Positions 20,345 to 30,879 are shown, counted from the stretch's first letter. The stretch is DNA of 64,000 nt from Candidatus Latescibacterota bacterium (GCA_963422735.1 OY730476.1:192001-256000), one strand, 5' to 3'. Made by a program: numbers and translations. The notes: generated from the letters alone by a model not told the origin.

Positions 20345-21094
20345 ATGCTCGTCGATAGCCACTGTCATCTCGACCAATTCACCGATGCCGACGCCGTGCT
20401 CGCGGCAGCCACCCAAGCCGGGGTGGGGCAGGTCGTTGCCGTCAGCGAGAGTGCCAGCTCCATGCGCGCCGTGCTCGCGCTCAAGCGGCGGCACCCAGAC
20501 CAGGTGCTGGCTGGGCTTGGTTTGCATCCAGCATGGGTCACCCAAGCCACAGACGCAGAGCGTACGGACGCGCTCGCCTATCTGGTGGCGCACCTGCCCG
20601 AGGCCGATGTCCTCGGCGAAGTCGGCCTCGACTACAAATGGGCGGCCAGCCCAGCGCAGCAGGCCCAGCAGCAGGACATCCTCGCGCAGCAACTCGACCT
20701 AGCGGCACAGTGCGGCAAGCCGATCAACCTGCATTCGCGCCGCGCTCAGCGGCAGACCTTGGAGCGGGCCGTAGAATTTCGCCGCCACACCAAGCTCAAC
20801 GCCCAGCTACACTGGTTCACCCAATCCAAAAAACTCGTGCGGGTCTGCCGTGCGGAGCGGATCTACGTGTCCGTCTCTCCGTCCGTCCTATGCGACCCGC
20901 AGACCCAAGCCGTGGCCGCGGAGATCGACCGCGAGTTGCTGCTGCTGGAGACGGACGCGCCCGTGCCCATCGGCGGGGCCGCGGGCCATCCAGCACGGGT
21001 GGCAGAAGTCGCCGCAAAACTAGCCGAGCTCATCGGGTTCACCGAGGAGGAAGCCGCCGCCAATTGGGCGCGCTATTTGGGCAAGCTGCCATGA
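20345..21094 (+). CDS. TatD-family hydrolase
   Basis: DSHCHL, GLHP, GEVGLDY, NLHSR, LLETDAP. Confidence 0.9.
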   Translation: MLVDSHCHLDQFTDADAVLAAATQAGVGQVVAVSESASSMRAVLALKRRHPDQVLAGLGLHPAWVTQATDAERTDALAYLVAHLPEADVLGEVGLDYKWAASPAQQAQQQDILAQQLDLAAQCGKPINLHSRRAQRQTLERAVEFRRHTKLNAQLHWFTQSKKLVRVCRAERIYVSVSPSVLCDPQTQAVAAEIDRELLLLETDAPVPIGGAAGHPARVAEVAAKLAELIGFTEEEAAANWARYLGKLP

Positions 21095-21165
21095 AAACAC
21101 TGCTGGGCACCGAGGGCTGCGGTTTTATCGGCATTACGAGAAAGATTATCAGCGCAATTAGGTAA
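21091..21165 (+). pseudogene. N-terminal remnant of an NAD-dependent epimerase/dehydratase
   Basis: MKTLLGTEGCGFIG resembles MKTLLVTGGCGFIG; stops after 24 codons. Confidence 0.4.
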
Positions 21166-21177
21166 ACAGGAGGAACT

Positions 21178-22952
21178 ATGCCAACGAGCATTTTTGTCCT
21201 TGCTTTCGCCCTCGTCTTCTGCGGGTTAGCAGGGCCAGCCAGCGCCCAACAAGGCCTAGGAAGCTTGGAAAATCTGATTGATCTGGGCGGAGGAGGTGCC
21301 AAACTACAGGCCTTTTCCGCGGCCGACCTACCGGCCCTAGATCGGGGTTCAATCTCCGGTAAGGCTCGCCTGCCCGGCAGCTTAAACGCGGACAAGACGC
21401 GCATCGGTCAGGATCGCGATATAGACCCAGACGCGTACATCGTCGGTCCCAACGACGTACTGCAACTCTACATCTGGGGCGAATTCGACCAGCCCTACGC
21501 GTTGCAGATCGACCCAGAGGGCAATGTCCTCATCCCCACTGTCGGCTCGTTCCACATTTCGGCCTGTCGCTGACCGCGGCCAAAGAGCGCCTTTTGACCG
21601 CAATCCAAAACAAGTATCCTAACGTGGAAATCAGCATCTCCCTCGTGAGTATGCGCTTCTTTACCGCGTACGTCACCGGCGCGGTGGTGAACGAGGGCAG
21701 CTTCACCATCCATCCGACCACGCGAGTTGCAGATATAATCAATCAGGCCGGCGGCTTTAGGGACCGGTTGCAAAGAATCGCGTTGCAGGGCCAGAGTGCC
21801 GGTGAGCAGATCCTGCGCGCGAATCAAGGCACTAACCGCGATACTGGCCGGCGTTCCATCAAGCTAATCCACCGCGACGGCACCATCGAGCGCGTGGATC
21901 TCGACATGTTCCTTGCCACCGGAGACCTCGCGTACAATCCCTACGTGCGCATGGGCGACGTGGTTCACGTCTCGTTCCGCAACTATTCGGTGTACATTTT
22001 CGGCGCGGTCAACGAAGAGGGCGAATACGAGTTCCTACCCGGGGACACCCTCGGCGACCTAGTGACCTTGGCCAAGGGCTTGCGCCGCTCCAAGCCGCTG
22101 ATCAGCGCCGAACTCTGGCGCTTTCAGGAGGGAGCCGAGCAGGCCAAATTCATTGAACTGAGCGGCGACAAAGAGACGCTGGAGGAGCTGGACTTCGAGA
22201 AAATTCGCCACATTGAGTTGCGCCCCAACGACGCGGTCTTCATCCGTGCGCGGTCGCTGTGGCGGTCCACGCACACGGTCGTCGTCTCTGGTGAGGTCAG
22301 GTTCCAAGGCCGCTACCGCATCGAACCTGGAGTCTCCCGCATCAAGGACGTAGTAGCAGCAGCCGGCGGCCTAACCGACGAGGCGTCTCTGATTGGTGCT
22401 CGAGTGATCCGCACTAGGGTACGGACCGAGAGAGACCCGCAGCTAGAGCAGCTAAAGAGACAGAGTGAGATGGCGGGCCTCACCTATATGAACATCGAGG
22501 ATCGGGCTTATCTCAAGACTAAAACCCGCGAGGAAAAGGGGCGGGTCGCGGTCGATTTCGAGCGGTTGTTTGTGGATGGCGACGAGCAGCAGAATATCTT
22601 ACTCGCCAGCGGTGATGTGATCTTTTTCCCCTTGCAGCGGCACACTATCAGCGTCAGTGGTCAAGTGCAGCGAGCCGGGCTGATCGACTACGGGCCAGGC
22701 CGCAAAGTGCGCTACTACATAACCAAGGCCGGCGGGTACTTGTACGACGCCGACAAACGCAACGCCCGCCTAGTCCGGGCGCGCACTGGCGTCCGCGAGA
22801 AACTCAAAGACAACCTGATAGTCGAAGTCGGCGACGAAATATGGGTACCCCAAAAGGAGCGCATCAACTACTTGGTATTCTTCCAAGAGACTGTGCGCAC
22901 CGCCGCTAGTGTCCTCGCCCTCGTACTCGCGGTGCAGACGGTGTCGCGGTAG
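21178..22952 (+). CDS. Polysaccharide export protein with SLBB repeats (Wza/KpsD-like), one frameshift near 21560
   Basis: Signal peptide, YIVGPNDVLQLYIWG, repeated V.G.V..G.Y SLBB motifs; ORFs 21178..21573 and 21594..22952 join with one added base. Confidence 0.85.
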
Positions 22953-22997
22953 TAATGGACCAAGCCCGACGCATCCTCGCCCTCGTACTCGCGGTGC
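22912..22997. repeat. 24-bp direct repeat TCCTCGCCCTCGTACTCGCGGTGC
   Basis: Copies at 22912..22935 and 22974..22997. Confidence 0.85.
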
Positions 22998-23035
22998 GGT
23001 CTCTTTAGACAAAGAATCCCAAGGAGCACTATTGA

Positions 23036-24238
23036 ATGAATATCCAAAAAAAAGATATCGACATCATCGATCTACTAACGGCACTACACGCGGGCCGATG
23101 GCTGATCATCGGTGGCACCTTGGCCATCTGCGTCTTGGCCGGTGGCCTCAGCTTCCTCTTACCAAAGGAATACGAGGCTACCGTGCAAATTCTGCCCCCC
23201 CGAGAGGAGAAGCAGAGTTTCGGTTTTTCCAGCCTGCTTTCGTCCTTACCCATACCCACTTTGCGACTCGGGGAAAGGGGTACGCCGGCTGACATTTCGC
23301 TCGCGACCATCAGGAGCCTGACAGCGCGGCGGCGGATGGTCGAGAAATTTGACTTGATGCAGCGCTACGAGGCGCGCATCCTGACCGACGCGCTCGAGAC
23401 TCTCGCCGATAAAACCACGGCCGACATGACCGAAGAGGGCATGCTTGCGGTATCAGTACTCGACCAAGATCCGCAGATGGCCGCCGACATGGCCAATTAT
23501 TACATCGTCCTGCTCGACAGCACCAACAAGCAATTCTCGCATAAGACCGCCTCCGAGCGCTTGAATTTTATCCGCGGGCTTTTGCAAGAAGAGGATAAAA
23601 AGCTAGAGGACAAGATGAAGCGGCTGGAGAAGTTCCAGTCCGAGCACAACGCCATCTCGATCGCGGACCAAGCCCGCGCTGCGATTCTGACTGCCACCTC
23701 TATGCAGACCGCCGCGATAGAACTCGCAATTGAACGCCAACGGCTTATTCTATCTGGGCTAGGTCCCGGCCACGACAAAGTCAAAAAGCTCGAGCGCGAA
23801 ATTCTACTGCGGGAGGGGGTTTTGGCTTTCTTGAGCGACGGCCTCAAACCCGCCGACAACGACGTACTGAAAAACAAATCGCTGCAACTAGAGTTGGACG
23901 AAAACCTCTTCCTGCCGCTGAAGCAGATCCCGGGCGTGGCCCAAGAGTACGCGACCCTCGAAAAGGACGTACTCGTGCAGACGTCTCTTTTGCTGGTCCT
24001 GCTGCAACAGGAGGCCCAAGCCCTGATTGAGGCCAAGGACGCCACTTCAACCGTGCAGGTACTCGATCCGGCCACTCCCCCCGAAATCAAGGCGCGGCCC
24101 CAGCGCGTGCTGATCGTATTTATCGCCGGCCTACTCAGCCTTTTTGCCTCGATTTCCTATGTGCTGGGGGCGGTGTACGTGCGAGATCTCAAACAGCGCT
24201 GGGGCGAGCGGCGCGAGACGACGCCTGAAGTTCTATGA
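23036..24238 (+). CDS. Wzz/GumC chain-length determinant
   Basis: N-terminal TM plus LPKEYEAT, coiled coil, VLDPATPPEIKARPQR plus C-terminal TM. Confidence 0.88.
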   Translation: MNIQKKDIDIIDLLTALHAGRWLIIGGTLAICVLAGGLSFLLPKEYEATVQILPPREEKQSFGFSSLLSSLPIPTLRLGERGTPADISLATIRSLTARRRMVEKFDLMQRYEARILTDALETLADKTTADMTEEGMLAVSVLDQDPQMAADMANYYIVLLDSTNKQFSHKTASERLNFIRGLLQEEDKKLEDKMKRLEKFQSEHNAISIADQARAAILTATSMQTAAIELAIERQRLILSGLGPGHDKVKKLEREILLREGVLAFLSDGLKPADNDVLKNKSLQLELDENLFLPLKQIPGVAQEYATLEKDVLVQTSLLLVLLQQEAQALIEAKDATSTVQVLDPATPPEIKARPQRVLIVFIAGLLSLFASISYVLGAVYVRDLKQRWGERRETTPEVL

Positions 24239-24672
24239 CTATTCAAGTGAAGGTGATCAACAAGGGAGGTCAACCGCTGCCCACCTATGAGACGGCGCAC
24301 AGCGCGGGTCTCGACTTGCGCGCCGCGTTGTCAGCAGCAGTAGTCTTAGCACCCGGCGAGCGCGGCCTCATTCCCACGGGTCTGTTCCTCGAAATCCCCT
24401 CGGGCTACGAGGCACAGGTTAGGCCGCGCAGTGGCTTGGCCCTCAAGCGTGGCCTGACGCTGCTCAACGCCCCGGGCACGATTGATGCCGATTACCGAGG
24501 CGAAGTCGGCATCATCATGGTCAACCTTTCGGCCGAGGAGCAGCGCATCGGCCCAGGCGACCGCATCGCCCAGCTCATTTTCGCGCCGGTGACGCACGGC
24601 GAGTGGATCGAGGTGGATACGCTCGCTGAAACGGAGCGCGGCAGCGGTGGCTTTGGCTCGACGGGGGCGTAG
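24235..24672 (+). CDS. dut: dUTP diphosphatase
   Basis: SAGLDL, RPRSGLA, GTIDADYRGE, DRIAQL, RGSGGFGSTG. Confidence 0.97.
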   Translation: MTIQVKVINKGGQPLPTYETAHSAGLDLRAALSAAVVLAPGERGLIPTGLFLEIPSGYEAQVRPRSGLALKRGLTLLNAPGTIDADYRGEVGIIMVNLSAEEQRIGPGDRIAQLIFAPVTHGEWIEVDTLAETERGSGGFGSTGA

Positions 24673-24702
24673 CTTGCCGGAAAGCATCTGTACCAACGAA
24701 TT

Positions 24703-24735
24703 GGCCGCTGGGTTCCACAGCCCGGCGGCCTTTTT
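24703..24735 (+). terminator. Intrinsic terminator after dut
   Basis: GGCCGCTGGG-loop-CCCGGCGGCC followed by TTTTT. Confidence 0.7.
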
Positions 24736-24798
24736 CGGTCCTTTTACCACGAACATTCGGGTTTTCATTCCGAATGTTCATGGTTATATTATCGCATT

Positions 24799-25956
24799 AT
24801 GCTTTCAAGGCCCAATTATCTTCAGCGTATAAACACGGCCCTCAGGCGCTCGCCCATCACCGCGCTCCTTGGGCCTCGACAGTGTGGCAAGACGACTTTG
24901 GCCCGGATGGTCGCCCGAGATAGCGATGCCACGTACTTCGATCTCGAGTCTCCCCAAGATACGGCGCGGCTCCAAAATCCGGAACTGGCGCTCTCGGCCG
25001 CATCGAACCTGACGATCATCGACGAAATCCAACGGATGCCCCCCTTGTTCAATGTGCTCCGCGTCTTGGTCGATCGGATGCCCGACCACAGACGCTTCCT
25101 AATTTTGGGCAGTGCCTCGCCGGATGTGGTGAAAAACGTGTCCGAATCGCTGGCTGGTCGCGTCGAATTCATCGATCTGGCCGGCTTCAACCTCCTTGAG
25201 GTCAGCGCAAAATCTGCCCTCCGGCTATGGGTGCGCGGCGGTTTTCCGCGATCCTTTCTGGCCGCCACAGACGAGGATAGCTCGGCGTGGAGGGAGGGCT
25301 TTGTGCGGACATTCCTCGAAAGAGATATACCCCAGCTCGGGCTCTCGATTCCGGCACCGGCCATAAGACGCTTCTGGACGATGCTCGCACACTATCACGG
25401 CCACATCTGGAATGCGTCCGAACTGGCCCGGTCCATGGGACTGAGCGACAAAACCGTCCGCAGGTACTTGGATCTGCTCACGGATACGTATATGGTTCGC
25501 CAACTGCAACCGTGGCACGAGAATATCGGCAAACGCCAAGTGAAAGCGCCGAAAATCTACCTGCGCGACAGCGGACTTGTACACAGCCTCCTAGCCCTTC
25601 CGAACCACCGCGCCTTGAGCGCCCACCCCGTGGTCGGTGTCTCTTGGGAGGGCTTTGTGCTCGAGCAGCTAATGCTGACCATGCGCCCGGAAGCCGCTTA
25701 CTTTTGGGCAACCTATCAGGGTGCTGAGATCGCTCTCTTTTTCTTTTACAAGGGGAAACGGTTCGGCATTGAGATCAAACACAGCGAGCGTCCCAAAATC
25801 ACTCGCTCCGCTCGAACAGCCCTCGCCGACTTAGGCCTTCAACACTTGTGGATCGTCTATCCGGGAGACCATAGCTATCCGGTTGACGACCGCATCAACG
25901 TCGTACCTCTGACCGCCATCGAACAACTCAGCGTACAGATTGATCAATTCGCGTGA
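24799..25956 (+). CDS. AAA_14 + DUF4143 ATP-binding protein
   Basis: GPRQCGKTT, IIDEIQ, ILGSAS, RGGFP, KAPKIYLRDSG, IEIK. Confidence 0.9.
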   Translation: MLSRPNYLQRINTALRRSPITALLGPRQCGKTTLARMVARDSDATYFDLESPQDTARLQNPELALSAASNLTIIDEIQRMPPLFNVLRVLVDRMPDHRRFLILGSASPDVVKNVSESLAGRVEFIDLAGFNLLEVSAKSALRLWVRGGFPRSFLAATDEDSSAWREGFVRTFLERDIPQLGLSIPAPAIRRFWTMLAHYHGHIWNASELARSMGLSDKTVRRYLDLLTDTYMVRQLQPWHENIGKRQVKAPKIYLRDSGLVHSLLALPNHRALSAHPVVGVSWEGFVLEQLMLTMRPEAAYFWATYQGAEIALFFFYKGKRFGIEIKHSERPKITRSARTALADLGLQHLWIVYPGDHSYPVDDRINVVPLTAIEQLSVQIDQFA

Positions 25957-26012
25957 GCAGTAGCTTGGGGGTCATAGCACCGCGTCGTCCAACTACAGAG
26001 GAGAAAACAAAC

Positions 26013-26526
26013 ATGGAACACGTTTATTTTATGCCTTGGATCGGCGATAACTACCGGAGTGGGCGTCCTTGGCGAATCTCATTATCAATGGGACGAAGAG
26101 ATCCCTGTACTACCCGGATTGACGATTGAGTGTATCGAGGCGCAGATATCCGGTAAAGAAACTCGGGCGTTCTGGACGAACATTGCGATTGCGTTCCTGA
26201 ACAAGCGTCCTTCTGCCGAGGACAAGAGAGAGTTTTGGCATTCCGTTGCTTTTTACAACTACATTTAGGAGTGCGTTGGGTTTGGACCAGGCGTTCCTAC
26301 CAAGGAGATGTGGGAAAAAGCCCGTGAACCGTTCAAAGAAGTGCTTTTTGAACTTCGTCCTCAATTTATCGCCGTGCTTGGCTATGGGTTGTGGCACAAC
26401 CTTCCAGACAATGGCTCACAAGGATCGACAGAAAGCGATTGGTGCTATCCACACGCGTGGGCGTTTCGGATGAAGGCTCCAGTAAAGGGTTTGATACGGG
26501 CACTCGGTCGTACGCCGAGTATCTGA
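26013..26526 (+). pseudogene. Uracil-DNA-glycosylase-like protein remnant
   Basis: FMPWIGDNY, VLGESHY, FWHSVAFYNYI*, ELRPQFIAVLG; frameshift plus TAG at 26266. Confidence 0.5.
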
Positions 26527-26580
26527 GGGTGCTTGTCCTAGGCTGCACAGGAATGCGCTAAGCCGCAGGCTCTTGACGAC

Positions 26581-26620
26581 AAAAGAGGCCGGCACTCCAA
26601 AAAGGAGTACCGGCCTCTTT
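26581..26620. terminator. Bidirectional intrinsic terminator (end of the xdh operon)
   Basis: AAAGAGGCCGG..CTCC-AAAAA-GGAG..CCGGCCTCTTT inverted repeat. Confidence 0.75.
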
Positions 26621-26642
26621 GCGTTGTATCCATTACGGCTGG

Positions 26643-26912
26643 CTAACTCGCGCCTCCAGACAGTGCCGGCAGGAAATGCACCTCGCTGTGCGGCCCCACC
26701 TTAGCCCGCAGCCCAGCCGCGACCACTTCGCCATCAACGGCAACGGCAATCTCGGTCTTGATGCGGTCGCCATCGAGAATCCGCTCTTTGAACTTAGGGT
26801 AGCGGGCGTCGAGCGCGGCAACGACCTCGCGCACGGTCGCGCCCTCTACCTCTACTTGCTGCTGGCCGGCGGTCAGCTTCTGCATCAGCGAGGGAATCCA
26901 AACGACGGGCAT
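26643..26912 (-). CDS. MoaD/ThiS-family sulfur carrier
   Basis: VEGATVREVV..LD..YP, VHFLPALSGG. Confidence 0.85.
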   Translation of the reverse strand: MPVVWIPSLMQKLTAGQQQVEVEGATVREVVAALDARYPKFKERILDGDRIKTEIAVAVDGEVVAAGLRAKVGPHSEVHFLPALSGGAS

Positions 26913-26917
26913 AGCTT

Positions 26918-29173
26918 TTAGCTACTCCCGGCCAGCGCGGCGACAATGCGGTCGGGCTTCATGGGCAATTCCTGCGGACGCACACCGAGCGCGTCCCCAA
27001 TGGCCGCCGCAATGGCCGCTGGCGGTGGGGCGATGTTGGCCTCGCCGACCCCGCGCACGCCATAGGGGTGGCCAGGGTTGGGGACCTCGACGATGATGGT
27101 CTCAATCATCGGCAGATCGAGGCTGGTTGGGATCCGGTAGTCGAGATAGCTGGAATTGTCGAGGTGGCCGTCGCGGCTGTAGAAGTACTCCTCGTTGAGT
27201 GCCCAACCAATGCCTTGGGCCGATCCGCCCTGCATCTGGCCCTCTACGTACGCCGGGTGAATTGCCCGGCCGGCGTCTTGGACGACCGTAAAGCGCAAAA
27301 TCTCGACCTTGCCGGTCTCGGGATCCACCTCGACATCGGCGATATTGGCCGCAAAGGAACCGCCGACGCCCGAGTCTGGATTCACGGTGGCGCGACCAAT
27401 GACCGGGCCGCCGGTCTCTTCGAGTCGGCCAGCCAGTTCCTTAAAGGTCAGCGCGTTATCGCCGAAACGGAAGACGCCGTCGGCAAACTCGACTTGGCTT
27501 ACTTCGACCTCCCAGAGCTGGGCCGCACGCTCGCAGAGCTGGTCCCGCACGTCGAGGGCGGCCTTGTACGCGGCCCAGCCGGTGGCGTATGTCACGCGGC
27601 TGCCACCGGTTACGTCCGTGTGGCCGATTGAGTCCGTGTCGGCCACCTGCGGTTTGACGTCTTCGGCCCGCAGGCCCAAGGTCTCGGCAAACTGCATGGC
27701 GACCGACGTGCGCGTACCGCCGATGTCGGTCGAACCCTCGACTAAGCAGACCGTGCCGTCTGCGTTGACGCTTGCCGTGCAGGAGGACTTGAGCCCGACG
27801 TTGAACCAATAGCCGACCGAGATGCCGCGCCCTCCGTTGGGGCCAGCGGGTGCTGGACTCTGGTAGTGCTCCGAGTTGGCGATGGCCTCCAACACCTCCT
27901 TGCAGCCCATCTTAGGATACACCACGCCGTCAATGCGGCGGGTGCCGGTGGTCGCGCTGTTTTTGAGCCGGATCGCTAGCGGATCCATCCCCAATTCGGC
28001 GGCCAGCAGATCGACCACGTGCTCGGTGGCGAAGGCCACCTGAGTCGAACCCGGGGCGCGATACGCGAAACTCCGCGGCTTGTTGACCACTACGTCATAG
28101 CAGTCAATCCGGCCATCGGGTATGTCGTAGCACGAAAACACGCACATAGCGGCTGCGCCGACCAAGCCGCCGGGATAAGCCCCGGATTCAAAGGCGATAT
28201 AGGCGTCGGCGGCTACGATCTTGCCGCTTTTGTCAGCACCCATCTTGATCTTGATGTACGACCCAGGGGTCGGGCCGGTACTCTCGAAGACGGCTGGCCG
28301 GGTCATAACCATCTTGACGGGTTGGCCGCTCGCCTTGGAGAGCAGGGCGGCGACCGGCTCCAAGTAAATCGGGATTTTGCCGCCAAAGCCGCCGCCGATC
28401 TCTTGGGGCACGACCTTGATCTTGGAAATGGGTATGTCCAAGACCGCGCCGACTTGGGCGCGCGCGGTGAATGAACCTTGAGTGCTGGTCCAGATCGTCA
28501 ACTGGCCATCGGCGTTCCAGCTCGCCGTGGCGTTGTGTGGCTCAATGTACCCTTGATGTACGGTAGCAGTCTGAAACTCGCGCTCCACGACTACGTCGGC
28601 CTCGGCAAAGGCCCTGTCTGGATCGCCGAGCTTGTGCTCAAAGTGGGTGGCGAGGTTGCTCTTGTGGCCGGTGTCTTCCCCAAACTCTTGGGTGGTCATG
28701 TCGTCGTGGAGTTGGGGCGCACCCTCCTGCATGGCCTCGCGCACATCGAGCACGGGATCTAGGACCTCGTACTCGACTTCGATCAGGTCGAGGGCCTCTT
28801 CGGCAATGTGGACGTTGGTAGCGGCGATGGCGGTGACTGGATGCCCGCTGTACAGGACCTTATCCGTAGCCAGCACGTTGTCGCGCAGGTATTTGAGCCG
28901 AGCCGGGCCTTCGCCGAGATCGACCATTTGGTCTCCGGCATTGGGCAGATCGAAGCCTGTGAGAATAGCCTTGACCCCAGGCAGGGCAGCGGCTTTAGCA
29001 GTGTCTATGGACTTAATGCGCGCATGGGCGTGGGGCGAGCGCAGGACCTGTCCGTAGAGCAAGCCGGCCAACCGGGTGTCGCCGCCGTAAATGGCGCGCC
29101 CAGTGACTTTATCAACGCCATCGTGGCGGATGGGACGGGTGCCGATGACTTTGTAGCCGTTTGTGGCAGACAT
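26918..29173 (-). CDS. Xanthine dehydrogenase family molybdopterin-binding subunit
   Basis: ATG 29173 after GAGGAGG; KVTGRAIY, RSPHAHARI, GGGFGGK, AYRAPG, QGIGWALNE, GVRGVGE. Confidence 0.93.
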   Translation of the reverse strand: MSATNGYKVIGTRPIRHDGVDKVTGRAIYGGDTRLAGLLYGQVLRSPHAHARIKSIDTAKAAALPGVKAILTGFDLPNAGDQMVDLGEGPARLKYLRDNVLATDKVLYSGHPVTAIAATNVHIAEEALDLIEVEYEVLDPVLDVREAMQEGAPQLHDDMTTQEFGEDTGHKSNLATHFEHKLGDPDRAFAEADVVVEREFQTATVHQGYIEPHNATASWNADGQLTIWTSTQGSFTARAQVGAVLDIPISKIKVVPQEIGGGFGGKIPIYLEPVAALLSKASGQPVKMVMTRPAVFESTGPTPGSYIKIKMGADKSGKIVAADAYIAFESGAYPGGLVGAAAMCVFSCYDIPDGRIDCYDVVVNKPRSFAYRAPGSTQVAFATEHVVDLLAAELGMDPLAIRLKNSATTGTRRIDGVVYPKMGCKEVLEAIANSEHYQSPAPAGPNGGRGISVGYWFNVGLKSSCTASVNADGTVCLVEGSTDIGGTRTSVAMQFAETLGLRAEDVKPQVADTDSIGHTDVTGGSRVTYATGWAAYKAALDVRDQLCERAAQLWEVEVSQVEFADGVFRFGDNALTFKELAGRLEETGGPVIGRATVNPDSGVGGSFAANIADVEVDPETGKVEILRFTVVQDAGRAIHPAYVEGQMQGGSAQGIGWALNEEYFYSRDGHLDNSSYLDYRIPTSLDLPMIETIIVEVPNPGHPYGVRGVGEANIAPPPAAIAAAIGDALGVRPQELPMKPDRIVAALAGSS

Positions 29174-29193
29174 GGCGTTCCTCCTCGTTGGGG

Positions 29194-29388
29194 TTACACC
29201 TGTTTGAGGTTGGTGGGGGGCTCCCGCTTGATAGCCCACGCCAGCGCAACAACCCATCCTACGAGCGTCCAGCCGAGGAATAGGTTGACTACAAAGATTA
29301 AGGCGCGGCTTTTTTCTTTGTCCCTTATCACGAGCAGGGTTGGCAGGAAATACACAAGAGAGCCGACTATAGATAGCATCCACTCCAT
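29194..29388 (-). CDS. Superinfection immunity protein (T4 Imm-like)
   Basis: YFLPTL...IFVVNLFLGWTLVGWVVALAWA signature; GGAGGAG RBS. Confidence 0.85.
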   Translation of the reverse strand: MEWMLSIVGSLVYFLPTLLVIRDKEKSRALIFVVNLFLGWTLVGWVVALAWAIKREPPTNLKQV

Positions 29389-29402
29389 AGTGCTCCTCCA
29401 GC

Positions 29403-29882
29403 TCAGGCGCTTTGGCGGACTTCCTCAGCAGCGTCGAGGACTGCGCGGACGATCTTGTCGTAGCCCGTGCAACGGCACAAGTTGCCGGCCAGCCAGTGCC
29501 GCACTTCGTGCTCGGAAGGGTGGGGGTTGTGGTCGAGCAGGGCCTTGGAGGCCACCAAAAAGCCCGGAGTGCAGATACCGCATTGAAGCGCGGCGTGTTC
29601 GAGAAACTTCTGCTGCACCGGGTGCAAGCTATCCGGGCTGGCAAGGCCCTCGACCGTTTCGATTTCCTTGCCCTCGGCCTCGACGGCCAGCATTAGACAA
29701 GAATCGACGAGGATGCCGTCAACGGCGATGGAGCACGCACCGCAGTTGCCGTCGTTGCAGCCCTCTTTGGTGCCGGTGAAGCCGAGCGTCTCGCGCAATA
29801 CCTCGAGCAGGCTGTGGCGCGGCTCGCAGAGAAATTCGGTCGGCTCTCCGTTGATCGTGGTTTGGACGTGTGTTTTGCTCAT
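29403..29882 (-). CDS. (2Fe-2S)-binding subunit, CoxS/XdhC type
   Basis: GTKEGCNDGNCGAC, QCGICTPG, GNLCRCTGY. Confidence 0.95.
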   Translation of the reverse strand: MSKTHVQTTINGEPTEFLCEPRHSLLEVLRETLGFTGTKEGCNDGNCGACSIAVDGILVDSCLMLAVEAEGKEIETVEGLASPDSLHPVQQKFLEHAALQCGICTPGFLVASKALLDHNPHPSEHEVRHWLAGNLCRCTGYDKIVRAVLDAAEEVRQSA

Positions 29883-29970
29883 GTACCTTAACTCCGAATT
29901 TGGGCCGCTTGCTGCGGCTAGTGAAGAGTGTTTCCCGCCGACCGGATGGTCGGTGCAAGTATCTAACCCT

Positions 29971-30879
29971 CTAGCCAGCCGCTTCCTGCACGGCGTTGGC
30001 GACGAACTGGCCGCGAGCCCGCGCGACAGCCCCCGCGAGGGTGCGCTTGACCAGTACCCCGACGAGGTGGGTGCGGAACTCAGCCGGGCCGCGCATATCG
30101 GAAATCGGGCGAGCCACGCTCTGGGTCATTGCAGCAGCCGTTGCGATGGCCTCGTCTGAGACGGCTTGGCCCGCTAGGCTGTCGCCGGCCTCGCTGGCGA
30201 AAATCGGCGTGGGGCCGACCGCGGCGAGCGCGATGCGTGCGGACTTAAACTCCTTGCCGCGCTTGGCCAAGACGACGTGGGAGGACACTCCGACGACGGC
30301 GATGTCCATCTCGTTGCGCGGAATGAAGCGCTGGTAGTGAGAGCCTGTGTTCTTCTTGGCAACCGGGATCTGGAGAGAAACCAAGATCTCGCCGGGCGCG
30401 AGCACGTTGCGGCCCGGGGCGGTGCAAAAATCCTCTACGGCGACTTGGCGCTTGTCGTCCGGCCCGGCGATGTGGCACACGGCCGAGTGGGTAATCAGGC
30501 TGGGGATCGCGTCCGCGCTGGGAGAGGCGTTACACAAATTGCCGCCAAAGGTGGCGCGGCCCTGTATTTGGATGCCGCCAATAATGGCGGCCGAATCGAC
30601 GAGCCCAGGGTATCGCTCGACGATTCCGGGGTCATTGTAGATGCGCCAGCAGGGCACAGCCGCGCCGATGATCAAACCCCGGCGGGGGCCGTAGGAAAGC
30701 TCGTTGGCCTCGGGGACGTTTTTGACGTCGAGGATGCAGTCGGGCGCAAAACGCTTCCCGCGCAACTGGACGATCAAGTCGGTGCCACCAGCGAGGATGC
30801 GGGCGGCCTCGCCCTTTTCGGCCTTGAGGGCCACGGCCTCGCGCAACGTGCTAGGGGCGCAGTATGCAAAATTTTTCAA
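29971..30879 (-). CDS. FAD-binding subunit, CoxM/XdhB type
   Basis: LAGGTDL, ATFGGNLCNASPSAD, PISDMRG. Confidence 0.93.
   Translation of the reverse strand: MKNFAYCAPSTLREAVALKAEKGEAARILAGGTDLIVQLRGKRFAPDCILDVKNVPEANELSYGPRRGLIIGAAVPCWRIYNDPGIVERYPGLVDSAAIIGGIQIQGRATFGGNLCNASPSADAIPSLITHSAVCHIAGPDDKRQVAVEDFCTAPGRNVLAPGEILVSLQIPVAKKNTGSHYQRFIPRNEMDIAVVGVSSHVVLAKRGKEFKSARIALAAVGPTPIFASEAGDSLAGQAVSDEAIATAAAMTQSVARPISDMRGPAEFRTHLVGVLVKRTLAGAVARARGQFVANAVQEAAG

Noticed and set aside
26918-29644. 908-aa ORF as the full Mo subunit, or aerobic CO dehydrogenase
   Set aside because: The real start is ATG 29173 with an RBS; the extension overlaps two other genes. The active-site loop is AYRAPG, not the CoxL AYxCSFR or AYRGAGR.
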